Source of the DNA: an uncultured delta proteobacterium
GTDB taxonomy: Bacteria > Bdellovibrionota > FAC87 > UBA2466
Reading direction: 5' to 3'
Assembly (NCBI GenBank): GCA_963778115.1
Contig: CAVZSV010000004.1
Location: 2,112,001 to 2,176,000 of the forward strand
Length of the DNA stretch: 64,000 bases
The notes below the pieces were generated by a model. That model was not told the origin of the DNA. It saw only the letters and a program-made list of their open reading frames with translations, and made no database searches. This document shows, in pieces, positions 1 through 9,081 of this stretch; positions within the stretch are counted from its first letter, which is position 1, and every line of letters starts with the position of its first letter. The translations under genes and the position numbers were made by a program.

Positions 1-287
1 TTATGGCAAGAACTATAGCAGAGAGCTTTTTCAAGGGTTTTACCAAGGCATGGGACGTGTTCCAGAACCGTAGTCCTAGAATGACGATCAAATGTGAAAA
101 GATTGTGATGGGACGAAAGTTTTTCTTCATTGATTTCTCTCCTATACCTACATGCTATCGAAGGCCGACTCTCCAAAGGTGTGACAAAAGTGCGCAGAAT
201 AATTTCTGGAATTCACTCTAAAGAAATAGAGAAGGCGTCCCGAAGAGTCCTCGGCAGGTTTTTCGGATACGACAAACGTGCTGAGAA

Positions 288-1745
288 ATGAAAGAACCGA
301 TAGAAAAAATCAATACTTTCATCGTCGCTGGAAAGCTGTCCGAAGCGCGGAAGCTTTTGGTACGCTCTGGCAAAGCGGGGCTTTATTCCAATGACCGTCT
401 GGGTTTTGCTAAGTTGGCCCGAAGGCTTGATCTGCCCATGTTGGCTTTGCGGATCCTTCACCCTATCGTCTCTTTAGCTTCACAAAGAAAGAACTGTCCG
501 CCAGCCACCCTGGTCGAATATGGAGCCTCTCTTTCTTTGGTAGGAGCGTACCGAGAGGCCGAGCGATTTTTCGACGCGGTCGAGATAGAGGATGTGAAAG
601 AGGTACTTCTGCTGCGCGGCTTTAATTACTTTGCCCAATGGTCATACGCGGAGGCGATTCCGATCTTAGAAAAGTATGCCGCGTTACCCATACTAACCCC
701 TTATGAAAAGATAATTGCTGATACCAATCTGGCCATTGCTTGGGTTTACGAAAAACGTGCCGAGGCAGGGGATTTTGTCGACTCTTTGATTGAACGGGCG
801 CGTAGCGGAAACTATCTTCGGATCTGGGGAAACCTCCTTCTCCAAAAAGCCCAATGGGAAATTAGAAATCAAAATTGGTCTAAGGCCTTTCAAACGCTAG
901 CAGTGGCCAATCGCCAAACCAAAGATATCCATTCTATCGATTATTTGCTCATTCAAAAATGGATCGTCTTTGCCACTCTGTCGGCATATCCAGAGCGTGC
1001 AGACGTGACGCTTCAAGAAATGGAAAAAATCCGCGATCTAGCAGTTCGAGCAGAAGATTGGGAGACGTTGCGAAGCTGTGATTACCAGGAGGCGGTTGTC
1101 AGAAGAAATATGGTACTCGCGGAACGCTTCTATTTTGGGACACCCCACAGGACACTTAGGGAGAGATTTCTTAAGGATCTAGGACTGCCTCTTCTTATAA
1201 AGAAAGAAACTCTATTTCATCCCCCCACACTATATTCTGAAAACAACATCGTTTGCTCGGTTCTCGTGGACGGAATAGAAAACTCAGCACTAGCCTTTGG
1301 TCATCTATCCCACCGCGCTCTATTAGCCCTTTCCTCTGATTTTTATCGTCCTAGAAAAATCGCTGAGTTACACAGCGAACTTTTTCCTGACGCAGTTTTT
1401 AATCCTCTCTCTTCCCCTCAACGGATCCGAAAAATCTTAGAGCGCATGCGACGTGAGCTTAAAGAAAAAGGCGTTCCTCTACAGATTCGATCTCGTCATA
1501 CCATGCTCTCTCTCGGTGTCCCTAACAATATGGCGTTGCGAGTTCCCTTAAATAGAAGTATCCACTCTCCGCTCGATAGAATGTCAGAGGGTAGCTCAGA
1601 GTTTACGATCAGAGAAGCGGTTCAGATTCTTAAGCTGCCCTACCACCATGTGGCAAGGTTGGTTCATAAAGCTTCCCAGGAGAAACAGATCGAAAAATTA
1701 GGGTTCTCAAAAAGTACCCACTATCGGTTTCTAGCAAAAAATTGA
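288..1745 (+). CDS. TPR-like helical-repeat protein with putative C-terminal winged-helix DNA-binding region(s)
   Basis: 485-aa ORF. N-terminal two-thirds is amphipathic helical repeats (ATLVEYGASLSLVGAYREAERFF, GFNYFAQWSYAEAIPIL). C-terminal segments (RKIAELHSELFPD...RIRKILERMRREL; FTIREAVQILKLPYHHVARLV) resemble wHTH/HTH. Confidence 0.5.
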   Translation: MKEPIEKINTFIVAGKLSEARKLLVRSGKAGLYSNDRLGFAKLARRLDLPMLALRILHPIVSLASQRKNCPPATLVEYGASLSLVGAYREAERFFDAVEIEDVKEVLLLRGFNYFAQWSYAEAIPILEKYAALPILTPYEKIIADTNLAIAWVYEKRAEAGDFVDSLIERARSGNYLRIWGNLLLQKAQWEIRNQNWSKAFQTLAVANRQTKDIHSIDYLLIQKWIVFATLSAYPERADVTLQEMEKIRDLAVRAEDWETLRSCDYQEAVVRRNMVLAERFYFGTPHRTLRERFLKDLGLPLLIKKETLFHPPTLYSENNIVCSVLVDGIENSALAFGHLSHRALLALSSDFYRPRKIAELHSELFPDAVFNPLSSPQRIRKILERMRRELKEKGVPLQIRSRHTMLSLGVPNNMALRVPLNRSIHSPLDRMSEGSSEFTIREAVQILKLPYHHVARLVHKASQEKQIEKLGFSKSTHYRFLAKN

Positions 1746-1762
1746 TGACCGTCTATTCCTAT

Positions 1763-3091
1763 TTACAAATCGCATAGATCTTTTGGGAAAGGCACTTGGC
1801 CTTTGAAGATCATCGTCAAATCGATATTGCCTAGAGTGCGGTTAAAGATCTTCTCTTTATAGGCCTCCACTAAATTCGCCGCCAGAAATTCTGAGTAGAA
1901 ATTTTGACCTGCAAAACCCAACCCCTCTGGTCCCGGGATTAAAAGCAATCCTTCCACACCGTGTAGGTGGTACTTCTCCACGATATGGCGTACATGACCC
2001 ACTCCCGAATTATACGACGTTACGGTCGTTCCCCAATCGGGTAGCACACTGCGATACATTTGAAAGAGTCGAGCCGCACTAGAAGTCTGTCTCAACGGAT
2101 CAACCCAGCGACTATTCTCATCAGAATGAGACATCTGCTTTGCCGTTTCTGGCATAAACTGCCAAATGCCCACCGCTCCTACACTGGAAAGGGCTTTTTC
2201 ATTAAAAGAGGATTCCACAAAGGGGATCCGAGCTAGGGCTACGGGCAGATTACTTCTTCTAAAGACGCTTTCAATATGAGGTAAGAGATTTCCCGAACGG
2301 TAGAGAGCCTGCAAGAACATATCTCTTTGCCCCGTCTGGCTACGAATGGAATCTATAAGTTTCGCCGTTTCCGGAACGCTTAATGCTCCTGCTGAAGAAA
2401 GAAAGGTTCGAATCTCCTCTTTCTCCTTTGAGGAGACCTTGCCCGTATGGGTAATTCCGATAGCCTCGGCTAGCCGACTTTTGACTTCTTTTTCTACTTT
2501 TCGCTCGATCTCAGCGGCTTTGGCCTCCGCGGTAGGCCCATTTCCCAGAACTCGGTACATGGGTCTTAGATCGATAATTCCATAGCGAATGGAAGGGTCA
2601 TTGCGATCATGCACGATCTTAAAGCGAGAACTATATTTTGCATAAATATCCATCCAGAAAAGGACTCGTCTCTTCAGACCAGGAGGAACTTCAAAGTCGG
2701 GCTCTATTTTGTTCTGGGGATCGGTCACAAAATCAGAAACGTCGCCCGTGGGGGTAGGAAGAGAGAAGTCGTTGTTGCTAGCGGTCGAAAACAGGCTCCA
2801 GCGATCTTCTACTTTCCAAGCGGGATGAAAGTAATCCCAAGGTGCTTTCTTAAAGACGGCCAGAGCCGCGGAGGGCATATCAGCCGAAGTATTCAAAGTA
2901 GTGGTCATCGATTCGCTTTCGCGATTTGCCGCGAGATCTAAGGCCGCAATAGTGACTACCGAAAAAATAACGAAGAGAAAGAGATGGGAACGGGAAAGCT
3001 TTTTCTGCAGCGTCTTTTGAAGGCTTGAACGTTTTTTCGAGAGCAATTTCTTCTCCAACCCGCTTGCGGTACTGCCAAAAAGCGGCACCAT
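1763..3091 (-). CDS. Lytic transglycosylase, SLT domain (MltD-like), N-terminal membrane anchor
   Basis: SLT motifs IPFVESSFN (catalytic Glu), GAVGIWQFMPETA, TSYNSG; hydrophobic N-terminal segment LFLFVIFSVVTIAAL. Confidence 0.9.
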   Translation of the reverse strand: MVPLFGSTASGLEKKLLSKKRSSLQKTLQKKLSRSHLFLFVIFSVVTIAALDLAANRESESMTTTLNTSADMPSAALAVFKKAPWDYFHPAWKVEDRWSLFSTASNNDFSLPTPTGDVSDFVTDPQNKIEPDFEVPPGLKRRVLFWMDIYAKYSSRFKIVHDRNDPSIRYGIIDLRPMYRVLGNGPTAEAKAAEIERKVEKEVKSRLAEAIGITHTGKVSSKEKEEIRTFLSSAGALSVPETAKLIDSIRSQTGQRDMFLQALYRSGNLLPHIESVFRRSNLPVALARIPFVESSFNEKALSSVGAVGIWQFMPETAKQMSHSDENSRWVDPLRQTSSAARLFQMYRSVLPDWGTTVTSYNSGVGHVRHIVEKYHLHGVEGLLLIPGPEGLGFAGQNFYSEFLAANLVEAYKEKIFNRTLGNIDLTMIFKGQVPFPKDLCDL

Positions 3092-3156
3092 CGTTGACTA
3101 GCTAGACACTGTCGCGGCCCCTCTGGGCGGCCGAGCATTGTCAGGGTTATGGGAAG

Positions 3157-3173
3157 AGCAATGGTTGTGCCAG
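3157..3173 (-). promoter_or_regulatory. Sigma-54 (-24/-12) promoter upstream of the lytic transglycosylase
   Basis: Minus strand reads CTGGCACAACCATTGCT, an exact TGGCAC-N5-TTGC match about 65 nt upstream of the ATG at 3091. Confidence 0.75.
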
Positions 3174-3247
3174 AGTGTATGCGGGGAGTATGGGGGTAAT
3201 TAGCGCAATAGCAACCTAGAAACAAAGCAGCGCCCCTCTGGGCTCAA

Positions 3248-4504
3248 TCACGCTTGCGTCACCGGCTCCAAGTCATACTTTCTTAATTCCGCCATTGCGC
3301 GCTTATAGCCAATAGTAACCACGTTTTGAAGTGTCCTTGCATTGAGCGTGAAGTGATCGCCAAAGAACATCTCGCGATCTTTCGATTCGGGGTGGATATA
3401 GATGTAGTTTAGACTTTCTTTAAAATCCAATCGTTCTTGAAGACGATGGCAAAGCTCTTGGACATCCTCTTCGGGATATTTCTTTTCGGCAAAGAATTCT
3501 CTTACGGTCGTGAGTGCCGCAATCTTATTCTCATGCGCCTTTTTCGTCCCATAAATTTTCTGTTCGATTGCCTGGTAAACGGCTTGAACCACAATGGCTG
3601 GCATCCCGTATAAATAAAGAGAACCGATATCATCTTTAAAATGATAAGGCTGATGGGTATAGGAGCAGATAATCAGATCACAGCCATTTTCTTTAGCTAC
3701 GTGAGTGGATAACGTTTCTCGAATCTCTCCATCAATGTAATACCGTCCCTTCCCGCCTTCGTGAGTTACCAGATAAGGAGCAAAAACCGGCGGTAACGAC
3801 ATCGAAGCTCCCACCGCGTCTGAAATAAGCGCATTGGAAGCGTACTGGGAGTACTGGTCGAAAGTCTTTTCCGTTCCGAACCTGCCGAAGATAATTTTGC
3901 GGGAATGATCGAGCTGGGTTCCCACAATAAAAAGATCGGGCTGAAGTTCGTGAAAACGATTTGTGGGGAGAATATATTTCTCTACATACTCGGCAAGCCC
4001 TCGAGTCGAAAAAATTCCGGGGAGCCTCAAATTTCGTAGCACCATCGACTCCATGGTGCGGCTAAATACGGAACTTTTTTGAAAACTCTTGAGAATAGAA
4101 GTCGGCTTGGGCCAACTAATGGTCAGAATATCCCGATAATGAATCCGCGGAATCTCCCGATGATTGCCGGGAATCTTGAAGTTCGTATCTTTTGAAAAGG
4201 AGTTAATGAGACTTTCAATACCGACTCCCGCGGCCAGCATGGTGGCAATGAGAGCTCCCGCACTCGATCCTACATAAGTGGCAATTTGATGGGGATGATA
4301 TCGAGTGGGAGGATAAGGAAGCGCATTAATATCCACCGGGGTCTCGGTTCTTCCCCCCACAAAAGAGAAGCCCTTGTCGCGAAGAGCGAGGCAAACGCCG
4401 ATGTGAAAGGCGGCTGCTTTGGTCGCTCCGCCGCTGCATACTAAGCCCGCTTTGGAGAACTGGAGCTTCGTCCGAAACTTATTTTTCATCATGGTTGCCC
4501 CCAA
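3248..4504 (-). CDS. Patatin-like phospholipase
   Basis: Gly-rich loop VCSGGATKA, nucleophile GSSAG, ASMSLPPVF, YIDGE. Start could instead be ATG 4492 or 4489. Confidence 0.88.
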   Translation of the reverse strand: MGATMMKNKFRTKLQFSKAGLVCSGGATKAAAFHIGVCLALRDKGFSFVGGRTETPVDINALPYPPTRYHPHQIATYVGSSAGALIATMLAAGVGIESLINSFSKDTNFKIPGNHREIPRIHYRDILTISWPKPTSILKSFQKSSVFSRTMESMVLRNLRLPGIFSTRGLAEYVEKYILPTNRFHELQPDLFIVGTQLDHSRKIIFGRFGTEKTFDQYSQYASNALISDAVGASMSLPPVFAPYLVTHEGGKGRYYIDGEIRETLSTHVAKENGCDLIICSYTHQPYHFKDDIGSLYLYGMPAIVVQAVYQAIEQKIYGTKKAHENKIAALTTVREFFAEKKYPEEDVQELCHRLQERLDFKESLNYIYIHPESKDREMFFGDHFTLNARTLQNVVTIGYKRAMAELRKYDLEPVTQA

Positions 4505-5452
4505 TTATTTTGAAGACCCAAGGATGATGACTTCGCACTCCAATGTTACAGCAAACTGCTCGTAAACTTTCTTTTTCACCATGTCGATTAGCGTCAATAT
4601 GTCACTTGCCTTCGCGTTGTTCTCATTGAGAATAAAATTGGCATGTTTTTCCGAGATGACCGCGCCTCCGACTCGCAGCCCTTTTAGTCCCGCTCTTTCG
4701 ATTAGTCTACCCGCCGAATAGCCCTCTGGGTTCTTAAAGGTAGACCCGCAGCTAGGAAGATCCAACGGCTGTTTGGAGCTCCTTTCGGCGATGATGCGAT
4801 CGACTTCATTCCGAAGCGCTGCTTTGTCGCCATTCTTTAACTCAAAGAGCGTCCACAATACGAGGGAACCATTTACCAGCCGCTGCTCTCGATACCCAAA
4901 TTGACTGGGTTCTGTTTTCAGCTGCCTGGCTCCCGTGGCGAAATCGTAAAGCCTGACCTCTCTTAGTATATCTCCGTAACAGCCATATTTGGTACCGGCA
5001 TTCATAAAGATTCCGCCGCCCACCGTTCCGGGAACTCCCGCGCTAAACTCGAGGCCTTGGTATCCTCGAGCGATAGCCCATTCCAGGAGTTCGGGCTTTC
5101 CCACTCCCCCGCCGGTCCTAACCAGATGAGTCGCTACATCGGTGGTAGAAATATATTCGATGTTTTTAAAAGCATTGAGTAAGGAGACGGTGATCCCTCG
5201 AATTCCCTCGTCGCGAACGAGCAAGTTTGTCCCGTTCCCAATAATTGTAATGGGAAGGGCTTCCTCTTTGGAGAGTGTTGAGATCTGAACGAGATCCTTT
5301 TCGTCCTGGGGAAAGACTAAAATGTCGGCGGGTCCGCCTACCCGGTAAGCGACATAAGGGGCTAGCGGTTCATTAAAGCGAACTTTCTCCCCAAAGCGCT
5401 CGGCAATTCGATCTCTCAAGCGGGGATGATTAAAAGAGCTGTTTGTAGACAT
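4505..5452 (-). CDS. murB: UDP-N-acetylenolpyruvoylglucosamine reductase
   Basis: YRVGGPAD, GNGTNLL, GVPGTVGGGIFMNAG, KQPLDLPSCGSTFKNP, SEKHANF. Confidence 0.96.
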   Translation of the reverse strand: MSTNSSFNHPRLRDRIAERFGEKVRFNEPLAPYVAYRVGGPADILVFPQDEKDLVQISTLSKEEALPITIIGNGTNLLVRDEGIRGITVSLLNAFKNIEYISTTDVATHLVRTGGGVGKPELLEWAIARGYQGLEFSAGVPGTVGGGIFMNAGTKYGCYGDILREVRLYDFATGARQLKTEPSQFGYREQRLVNGSLVLWTLFELKNGDKAALRNEVDRIIAERSSKQPLDLPSCGSTFKNPEGYSAGRLIERAGLKGLRVGGAVISEKHANFILNENNAKASDILTLIDMVKKKVYEQFAVTLECEVIILGSSK

Positions 5453-6788
5453 TCGGCAAGTCTCCCGCCCCCAAGGTCAGGATGATATCCCCTTCTTTGC
5501 TTTCCGCTAGCCAAGTCTCTACTCCGACTAGGGCGGAGCTTACATGGCGAGTTTCTCCGTTTCCCGTGGCAGCGATAAGATCGTGAAGCGTCCGTCCATC
5601 GATACCGGGAATGGGATTTTCACCGGCCGCGTAAACGTCGGTGACGGCGACGGCATTGGAATCCTTAAAGCAGGTGGCAAAACGATCAAAAAGATCTTCG
5701 ACTCGGGAGTATCTATGCGGTTGAAAGACGACCCTTATTTTCGAATTAGGAAATTGCTCTCTCGCCGCCCTGATGGTCGCGCGAATTTCGGTCGGATGAT
5801 GGGCATAATCATCGATAAAAAGAACACCGTTAATCGAACCACGCTTCTGAAAGCGCCGTTGAACCCCTTGAAAGGCTTGAAGGGTATCGACAGCAACCTG
5901 TCGTGAAATGGACAACTCGTCGGCCACGGCAATTGCCGCGACTGCGTTTAAGGCATTGTGTTTACCTGGTACCTGAAGCGTTACTCGCTGTTTTTCGCCG
6001 TTACTTTCAAGAACAAAGTGGCTACCCAATCCGTTCACTGCATACTCGGAAAGCCGGTAATCGTTCTCAGGCAAAAATCCGTAACTCTTTTTTCTACGTT
6101 CCAATCGAGGCGCGAGCACCCTAAGGTAAGGATCATCGCCGCACAGAACAGTAATCCCATAAAATGGCACTTTATTCATGAAGGAGAGGAAAGCGGATTT
6201 CAATTTGGCCATGGTCTTGTAGTGGTCCATGTGCTCACGATCCATGTTGGTGACCACCGCTATTGAGGGTGACAGACGATTAAAGCTTCCATCGCTTTCA
6301 TCTGCCTCCACTACCATGAAATCGCCGCTTCCCAACCGCGCGTTGGCTCCGCCGAAATGATCTACTCTGCCGCCCACTACGATGGTGGGATCCAATCCGC
6401 CTTCGGTAAGCAACATTGAAATCATGGAAGTGGTGGTGGTCTTGCCATGGGCGCCCGCAACGGCAATGCCGTATTTAAGCCGCATTAATTCAGCCAGCAT
6501 CTCGGCCCGCGTAATGACCGGAATCTTTCGTTCAACGGCAGCGACCATTTCCGGATTGTCACGTCGAACGGCGGACGAATAGACAACGAGTTCAGCCCCC
6601 TTAAGATTTTCGGCGGCATGACCCACATGGACTTCTACGCCTAAGCGCTCCAATCGTCGGGCCGTCTCCCCCTTTTGCAGGTCGGAGCCGGAGACCACAT
6701 AGTGATGCCGGTGCAAGAGCTCGGCGATTCCACTCATTCCGATCCCGCCGATTCCGATGAAGTGGATCTTATTGAACTTATTATACAT
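5430..6788 (-). CDS. murC: UDP-N-acetylmuramate--L-alanine ligase
   Basis: IHFIGIGGIGMSGIA, GAHGKTTTT, EADESDGSF, DDYAHHPTEI, FQPHRYSR. Confidence 0.97.
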   Translation of the reverse strand: MYNKFNKIHFIGIGGIGMSGIAELLHRHHYVVSGSDLQKGETARRLERLGVEVHVGHAAENLKGAELVVYSSAVRRDNPEMVAAVERKIPVITRAEMLAELMRLKYGIAVAGAHGKTTTTSMISMLLTEGGLDPTIVVGGRVDHFGGANARLGSGDFMVVEADESDGSFNRLSPSIAVVTNMDREHMDHYKTMAKLKSAFLSFMNKVPFYGITVLCGDDPYLRVLAPRLERRKKSYGFLPENDYRLSEYAVNGLGSHFVLESNGEKQRVTLQVPGKHNALNAVAAIAVADELSISRQVAVDTLQAFQGVQRRFQKRGSINGVLFIDDYAHHPTEIRATIRAAREQFPNSKIRVVFQPHRYSRVEDLFDRFATCFKDSNAVAVTDVYAAGENPIPGIDGRTLHDLIAATGNGETRHVSSALVGVETWLAESKEGDIILTLGAGDLPNVYKQLF

Positions 6789-6833
6789 TTAGGTACTTTT
6801 GCTAACTCGTTTTGGTCATCGCCTGGCCTCCCT

Positions 6834-8024
6834 CTATTGGGAGAGCTCTTTCTCGATGTGGAGGCCGATGCTAGCAAGCGCATTACCACCGCGCAATGTA
6901 GAAAAGTGTGAGGCCATTTCCGAAAGGGTCGTTGGCGTAAAGACTTCAAGGAAAGTCTCTCGGAAGCGTTGTTCAAAATCCCTGCCTTGTTCCACCACTC
7001 TGCCCACCCCATGCTTTTGAAGGAGATAAGCGTTCGCTGTCTGATCGTTTTGCCCTTTGCGCGGAAACGGAACCAGAAGTGCCGGGCGACCGACCTGAAT
7101 GAGTTCGGAAACGGTCAACGCCCCTGAACGAGAAACAACAAGCGACGCCGAAGCATAAGCCGAAGCCATATCGGTGATGAAGGGGAGCACTTCATAGCGG
7201 CCAGAGAAAAATTTCGCGTAGCTTTCTTTCACCCGAGCCAAATCTTTTTCTCCGGTCTGATGAAGAATAGAGAGCGCCGGATATTTCACGGAAAGCTCGG
7301 GCAATAGCTGAATAAAAGCGTCATTGATCGCTTTGGCTCCCTGACTTCCACCAAATACCAGAATTCCGGTACATGCAGCCGGAACTGTTTCGAATTTAGG
7401 GTCAAAGAAGTCTTTTCGAATGGGATTGCCAGTTACTAAAGTACGCCCTCGGGGAAAGAATTGCTCCCCCTCCTCAAATCCCAGAAACACTTTGCGTGCC
7501 AACCTTCCTAGCACGCGATTGGCGATTCCCACGGAAACATTCTGTTCTTGTAAGTAAAGAGGAGTCCGTGTCAAAAATGCGGCAAATCCCACCGGTACGG
7601 AAACGTAGCCACCTACACCGATCACGGCCGCCGCTTTTTCTTGATGAATGATTCGAATTGCTTTGAAAACTCCGAAGAACAGCTTCCAAATCGTTTTCAG
7701 AATGGTAAGGGGAGATTGGTTCTTAACGGCGCCGGAATCGATCGTCAAAAAACGGATGCCGAGCGGGGGAACAATCTTATTCTCAAAGCCCCGAGGACTT
7801 CCCACATAGACTATGGAAAATCCTCTTTGCTCTAACTCCCGCGCGATGGCTATCGCCGGGAAAACATGGCCGCCAGTTCCACCGCCGGTGATTAGTATGT
7901 TTTTGCGCGTGGAAACTCTGCCTCCCGACTCTCTTTTTTCTTCTGAATTATTCCGGATTGGCGGACGATGTTCAATAGTATTCCCATCATCAGCAGATTT
8001 ACAAAGAGGGCGGATCTGCCCCAT
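6834..8024 (-). CDS. murG: Lipid II GlcNAc transferase MurG (true start uncertain)
   Basis: GGGTGGHVFP, GGYVS, EQN, TGNPIR, GGSQGA, HQTG, RSGALTVSEL, DQTANA. Homology begins near 7900; the only in-frame canonical start is ATG 8024, inside ftsW. Confidence 0.93.
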   Translation of the reverse strand: MGQIRPLCKSADDGNTIEHRPPIRNNSEEKRESGGRVSTRKNILITGGGTGGHVFPAIAIARELEQRGFSIVYVGSPRGFENKIVPPLGIRFLTIDSGAVKNQSPLTILKTIWKLFFGVFKAIRIIHQEKAAAVIGVGGYVSVPVGFAAFLTRTPLYLQEQNVSVGIANRVLGRLARKVFLGFEEGEQFFPRGRTLVTGNPIRKDFFDPKFETVPAACTGILVFGGSQGAKAINDAFIQLLPELSVKYPALSILHQTGEKDLARVKESYAKFFSGRYEVLPFITDMASAYASASLVVSRSGALTVSELIQVGRPALLVPFPRKGQNDQTANAYLLQKHGVGRVVEQGRDFEQRFRETFLEVFTPTTLSEMASHFSTLRGGNALASIGLHIEKELSQ

Positions 8025-9043
8025 GAGATGAAAGGAAGTGGAAGGCCTTTCACGGGAAGAATCCCAGTCACTCCTCCTAAGTTGACGGAAACTTGGAGAA
8101 GAAGCGACAGGGAAAGCCCAAATCCCAGATACTTTCCAAAATTGTCAGGAGCATGAAAAGACGCTTTGAAAAGTAAGTATCCAAAGTACGCGAACATCAC
8201 AAGGAGTGTGATAGCTCCTACAAAACCCAACTCTTCTCCGATGAGCGCAAAAATGAAATCGGTATGCACTTCAGGCAGAAAGAAAAGTTTGGAGTTACCG
8301 TTTCCAATTCCCACCCCAAATATCTTTCCTGAGTGGAATGACAGGAAGGATTGAATGGTTTGAAATCCACTTCCTTGAGGATCGGCCCAGGGATTGAGAA
8401 ACGCCATTACCCTACGCCTGCGGTATTCGGAGTGGAGCATGGCAAAAAGGGCCGCTCCGATTCCCGCTCCCAAGACACCCAGAAGGTACGTCGTTCTGGC
8501 CCCTCCGATGAAAAAAAGCCCCAGGATGATGCAAGATAAGAGTACCGTCGAGCCCAAGTCGGACTGCCTAAAGACTGAAAAAAGAACCAAGAGAATGAGC
8601 CCGCCGTGAACGATCCAAAACTTTCGAGAAGCTTTCAGTTCTTGCAGTGTCGAAAGCATGTAGGCGACGTATAGAGTGACGGAAATCTTGGCGAGTTCGC
8701 TGGGCTGAAACTGCACGGGGCCGAGCTTTAGCCAACGAGTAGCCCCTCCCGCGTTATGGCCGAGATGGGTAAAGATAGTGACAAAATTTAGCGTCAGCTG
8801 GATGAGTAGCAGCGGAATTGCTAACTTTCCCCACCATTGGTATTTGGTACGAGACAAGAGAAACATGAAAAAGAGGCCGAGAATTCCGCAAAGGGCTTGC
8901 CGGTTAACATAGTAAAACTCGGAGCCATGCTGCTGTACGCCCATGATGCCAGTGGCACTAAAGAGCATGACCAGACCGATTAGCAGAAAGAGAATGACCA
9001 GAGAGACTATTTTACGCTCTGGCGAAAGCAACTTTGTCGTCAT
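7892..9043 (-). CDS. ftsW: SEDS peptidoglycan glycosyltransferase FtsW
   Basis: Multi-TM protein with GATRWL, FQPSELAK, QSDLGS, LPEVHTDFIFALIGEELGFVG, PVKGLPLPFIS; lies directly upstream of murG. Confidence 0.95.
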   Translation of the reverse strand: MTTKLLSPERKIVSLVILFLLIGLVMLFSATGIMGVQQHGSEFYYVNRQALCGILGLFFMFLLSRTKYQWWGKLAIPLLLIQLTLNFVTIFTHLGHNAGGATRWLKLGPVQFQPSELAKISVTLYVAYMLSTLQELKASRKFWIVHGGLILLVLFSVFRQSDLGSTVLLSCIILGLFFIGGARTTYLLGVLGAGIGAALFAMLHSEYRRRRVMAFLNPWADPQGSGFQTIQSFLSFHSGKIFGVGIGNGNSKLFFLPEVHTDFIFALIGEELGFVGAITLLVMFAYFGYLLFKASFHAPDNFGKYLGFGLSLSLLLQVSVNLGGVTGILPVKGLPLPFISWGRSALFVNLLMMGILLNIVRQSGIIQKKKESREAEFPRAKTY

Positions 9044-9081
9044 GCCGTAATTTTAGCATGACGACGAGACTACACGCTGCG

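Noticed and set aside
4..20. Sigma-54 promoter TGGCAAGAACTATAGCA
   Set aside because: GG-to-GC spacing is 11 nt rather than the required 10.
7933..7940. dnaX-type A_AAA_AAG -1 frameshift at ftsW/murG
   Set aside because: The heptamer is present but out of phase with the ftsW frame (AAG AAA AAA GAG), so canonical tandem slippage does not apply.
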